From the NCBI GenBank assembly GCA_012520845.1, contig JAAYNL010000010.1:9058-41057 (forward strand): a stretch of 32,000 nt of DNA. Direction: 5' to 3'. Of the stretch, positions 31,127 through 32,000 are shown piece by piece. The stretch comes from Thermoplasmatales archaeon. Its GTDB lineage: Archaea > Thermoplasmatota > Thermoplasmata > Methanomassiliicoccales > Methanomethylophilaceae. Under the pieces are notes generated by a model. It saw only the letters and a program-made list of their open reading frames with translations. It was not told the DNA's origin and did no database searches. Position 1 is the first letter of the stretch; every line of letters starts with the position of its first letter. The translations under genes and the position numbers were made by a program.

Positions 31127-31516
31127 TCATTCCCCGTCCCTGGGGAACAGCTCGTCGAACTTCCTCAGGGCGTAGGACTGGGCCTTGGTCATCGCCATGT
31201 ACGTGCCGATCATTATGGCCTCGAAGACCTCGTCCTTCGTGGCGCCTGCACCGACGGCGTTCTGGACCTGCACGTTGACGCAGTGCTCCCCGCCCATGGC
31301 GGACGCGGCGGAGACGGCGCACAGATAGGCGGTTTTCTTCTGCAGGCTCGCCTCGGGATTCTCCATTACCGCCTTCCCGTACCGGGACAGGGGGACGAAC
31401 ACGTCCGGCCTCTGCGATATGATGTCCATGATGGGCGGGACGAAGCCGTACAGCTTCTCCATGCCCTTCAGTATGCGCTCGGTCTGCTCTTCCAGGGACA
31501 TTACCTTCCGTTCCAT
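31127..31516 (-). CDS. Carboxymuconolactone decarboxylase (CMD/AhpD-like) family protein
   Basis: 129 aa, all-helical composition, with a family-like core TAYLCAVSAASAMGGEHCVNVQVQNAVGAGATKDEV. CTTATAAT on the minus strand begins at 31546, 30 nt upstream of the ATG. Confidence 0.7.
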   Translation of the reverse strand: MERKVMSLEEQTERILKGMEKLYGFVPPIMDIISQRPDVFVPLSRYGKAVMENPEASLQKKTAYLCAVSAASAMGGEHCVNVQVQNAVGAGATKDEVFEAIMIGTYMAMTKAQSYALRKFDELFPRDGE

Positions 31517-31693
31517 GACCGACGTAACCTTGTGAGGAATTATAAGGGTAACCTGGCAACGGATTCCCTACTGCATGTATGACCCAGAGGGCGAAGCACC
31601 ATATTGCGTAACTGTAGCGTTCCCACTAAATATCGTCGCAAGGCGAGCGATATCCGACGGCGACGGAAGAAAGTCGTCGCGGAGGTATAGCAA

Positions 31694-32000
31694 GTGGACA
31701 GAGAAGAGACGCTGAGCAAATCGTTCAAGCGGATAGGCAAGGAATACGGATACGACAGCGTGGAGGCGGAGTTCGCCGCCTTCAAGGAATTCAAGGTGCG
31801 CTGGCAGCGTTCCTACAGGTGGGCGGAGTTCAAGGTCTCCGACTACCTGATGGACGCCCCGGCGGAAGTGGTCGACGACCTGGCGGCCACGCTGTTCTCG
31901 AAGATAACCTGCTCCGGCAGGAAGAACGGGTCTACGGCCATGAGGGATTGGGTCACCAACCCCGCCTTCGCCAAATACAAACAGCCCGTGTATCTGAGAA
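31694..32000 (+). CDS. Hypothetical protein, N-terminal part (continues past the right edge); possibly SprT-like, uncertain
   Basis: The frame is open from GTG 31694 to the window end, preceded by an in-frame TAG at 31688 and GGAGGT at 31681..31686 (7-nt spacing). The translation is VDREETLSKSFKRIGKEYGYDSVEAEFAAFKEFKVRWQRSYRWAEFKVSDYLMDAPAEVVDDLAATLFSKI... It is not in the track because no stop lies in the window. Confidence 0.5.
   Translation, partial: MDREETLSKSFKRIGKEYGYDSVEAEFAAFKEFKVRWQRSYRWAEFKVSDYLMDAPAEVVDDLAATLFSKITCSGRKNGSTAMRDWVTNPAFAKYKQPVYLR

Noticed and set aside
29156-31582. 808-aa plus-strand ORF, the longest in the track.
   Set aside because: It is antisense to three well-supported minus-strand genes (hef, IscA, CMD) and spans their intergenic promoters. 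Its composition is extremely rich in G/A/R/P/H/V/L/D with no recognisable motif. This is the typical shadow ORF of a high-GC genome.
1-32000. CRISPR arrays, IS elements/transposases, integrases, prophage genes and long tandem repeats.
   Set aside because: Reading both strands revealed no repeat-spacer periodicity, no terminal inverted repeats bracketing an ORF, and no transposase- or integrase-like translations. The only accessory-looking segments are the TA islet and the AAA+ ATPase patch.

Overview
No tools or database searches were run. Family calls rest on motifs I could read in the translations, and coordinates were checked by hand against the printed sequence.

This is a high-GC archaeal chromosomal segment. 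It is densely coded with short AT-rich intergenic promoters. It most resembles a Methanomassiliicoccales-like (Thermoplasmata) methanogen; that assignment is inference from the F430 genes, a 5S rRNA gene unlinked to 16S/23S, and no TAG stop codons.

Gene content, left to right:
- a truncated secreted-protein gene
- a four-subunit pyruvate/2-oxoacid:ferredoxin oxidoreductase operon (gamma-delta-alpha-beta)
- an orphan 5S rRNA
- a DUF92 membrane protein
- a pyrB-pyrI operon extended by a UPF0200 P-loop kinase and an 89-aa protein
- archaeosine synthase ArcS
- a FecCD/BtuCD-type ABC importer whose binding protein carries a dockerin-like module
- the full coenzyme F430 biosynthesis set: a tandem-duplicated cfbA on the minus strand, co-transcribed with the ABC ATPase, divergent from methyltransferase-cfbC-cfbE-cfbD-cfbB
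- a low-GC islet with a GNAT-toxin/small-ORF pair
- ilvC coupled to a cyclophilin-like protein
- nadX coupled to an M24 peptidase
- about 350 nt of unexplained GC-rich non-coding DNA
- an AAA+/DUF4143 ATPase
- archease
- a long PurN-like formyltransferase plus an unknown 369-aa protein
- tRNA-Glu(UUC)
- ATP-dependent DNA ligase
- a helicase-only Hef-like protein
- IscA/HesB
- a CMD/AhpD-like protein
- a truncated 3' gene

Most interesting:
- the non-canonical F430 locus: an extra SAM methyltransferase, a single-chain CfbA, a CfbB apparently lacking its glutaminase cysteine, and a linked metal-chelate importer
- an orphan consensus promoter plus terminator hairpin upstream of the importer
- the toxin-antitoxin islet

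No CRISPR arrays, transposases or integrases were seen.
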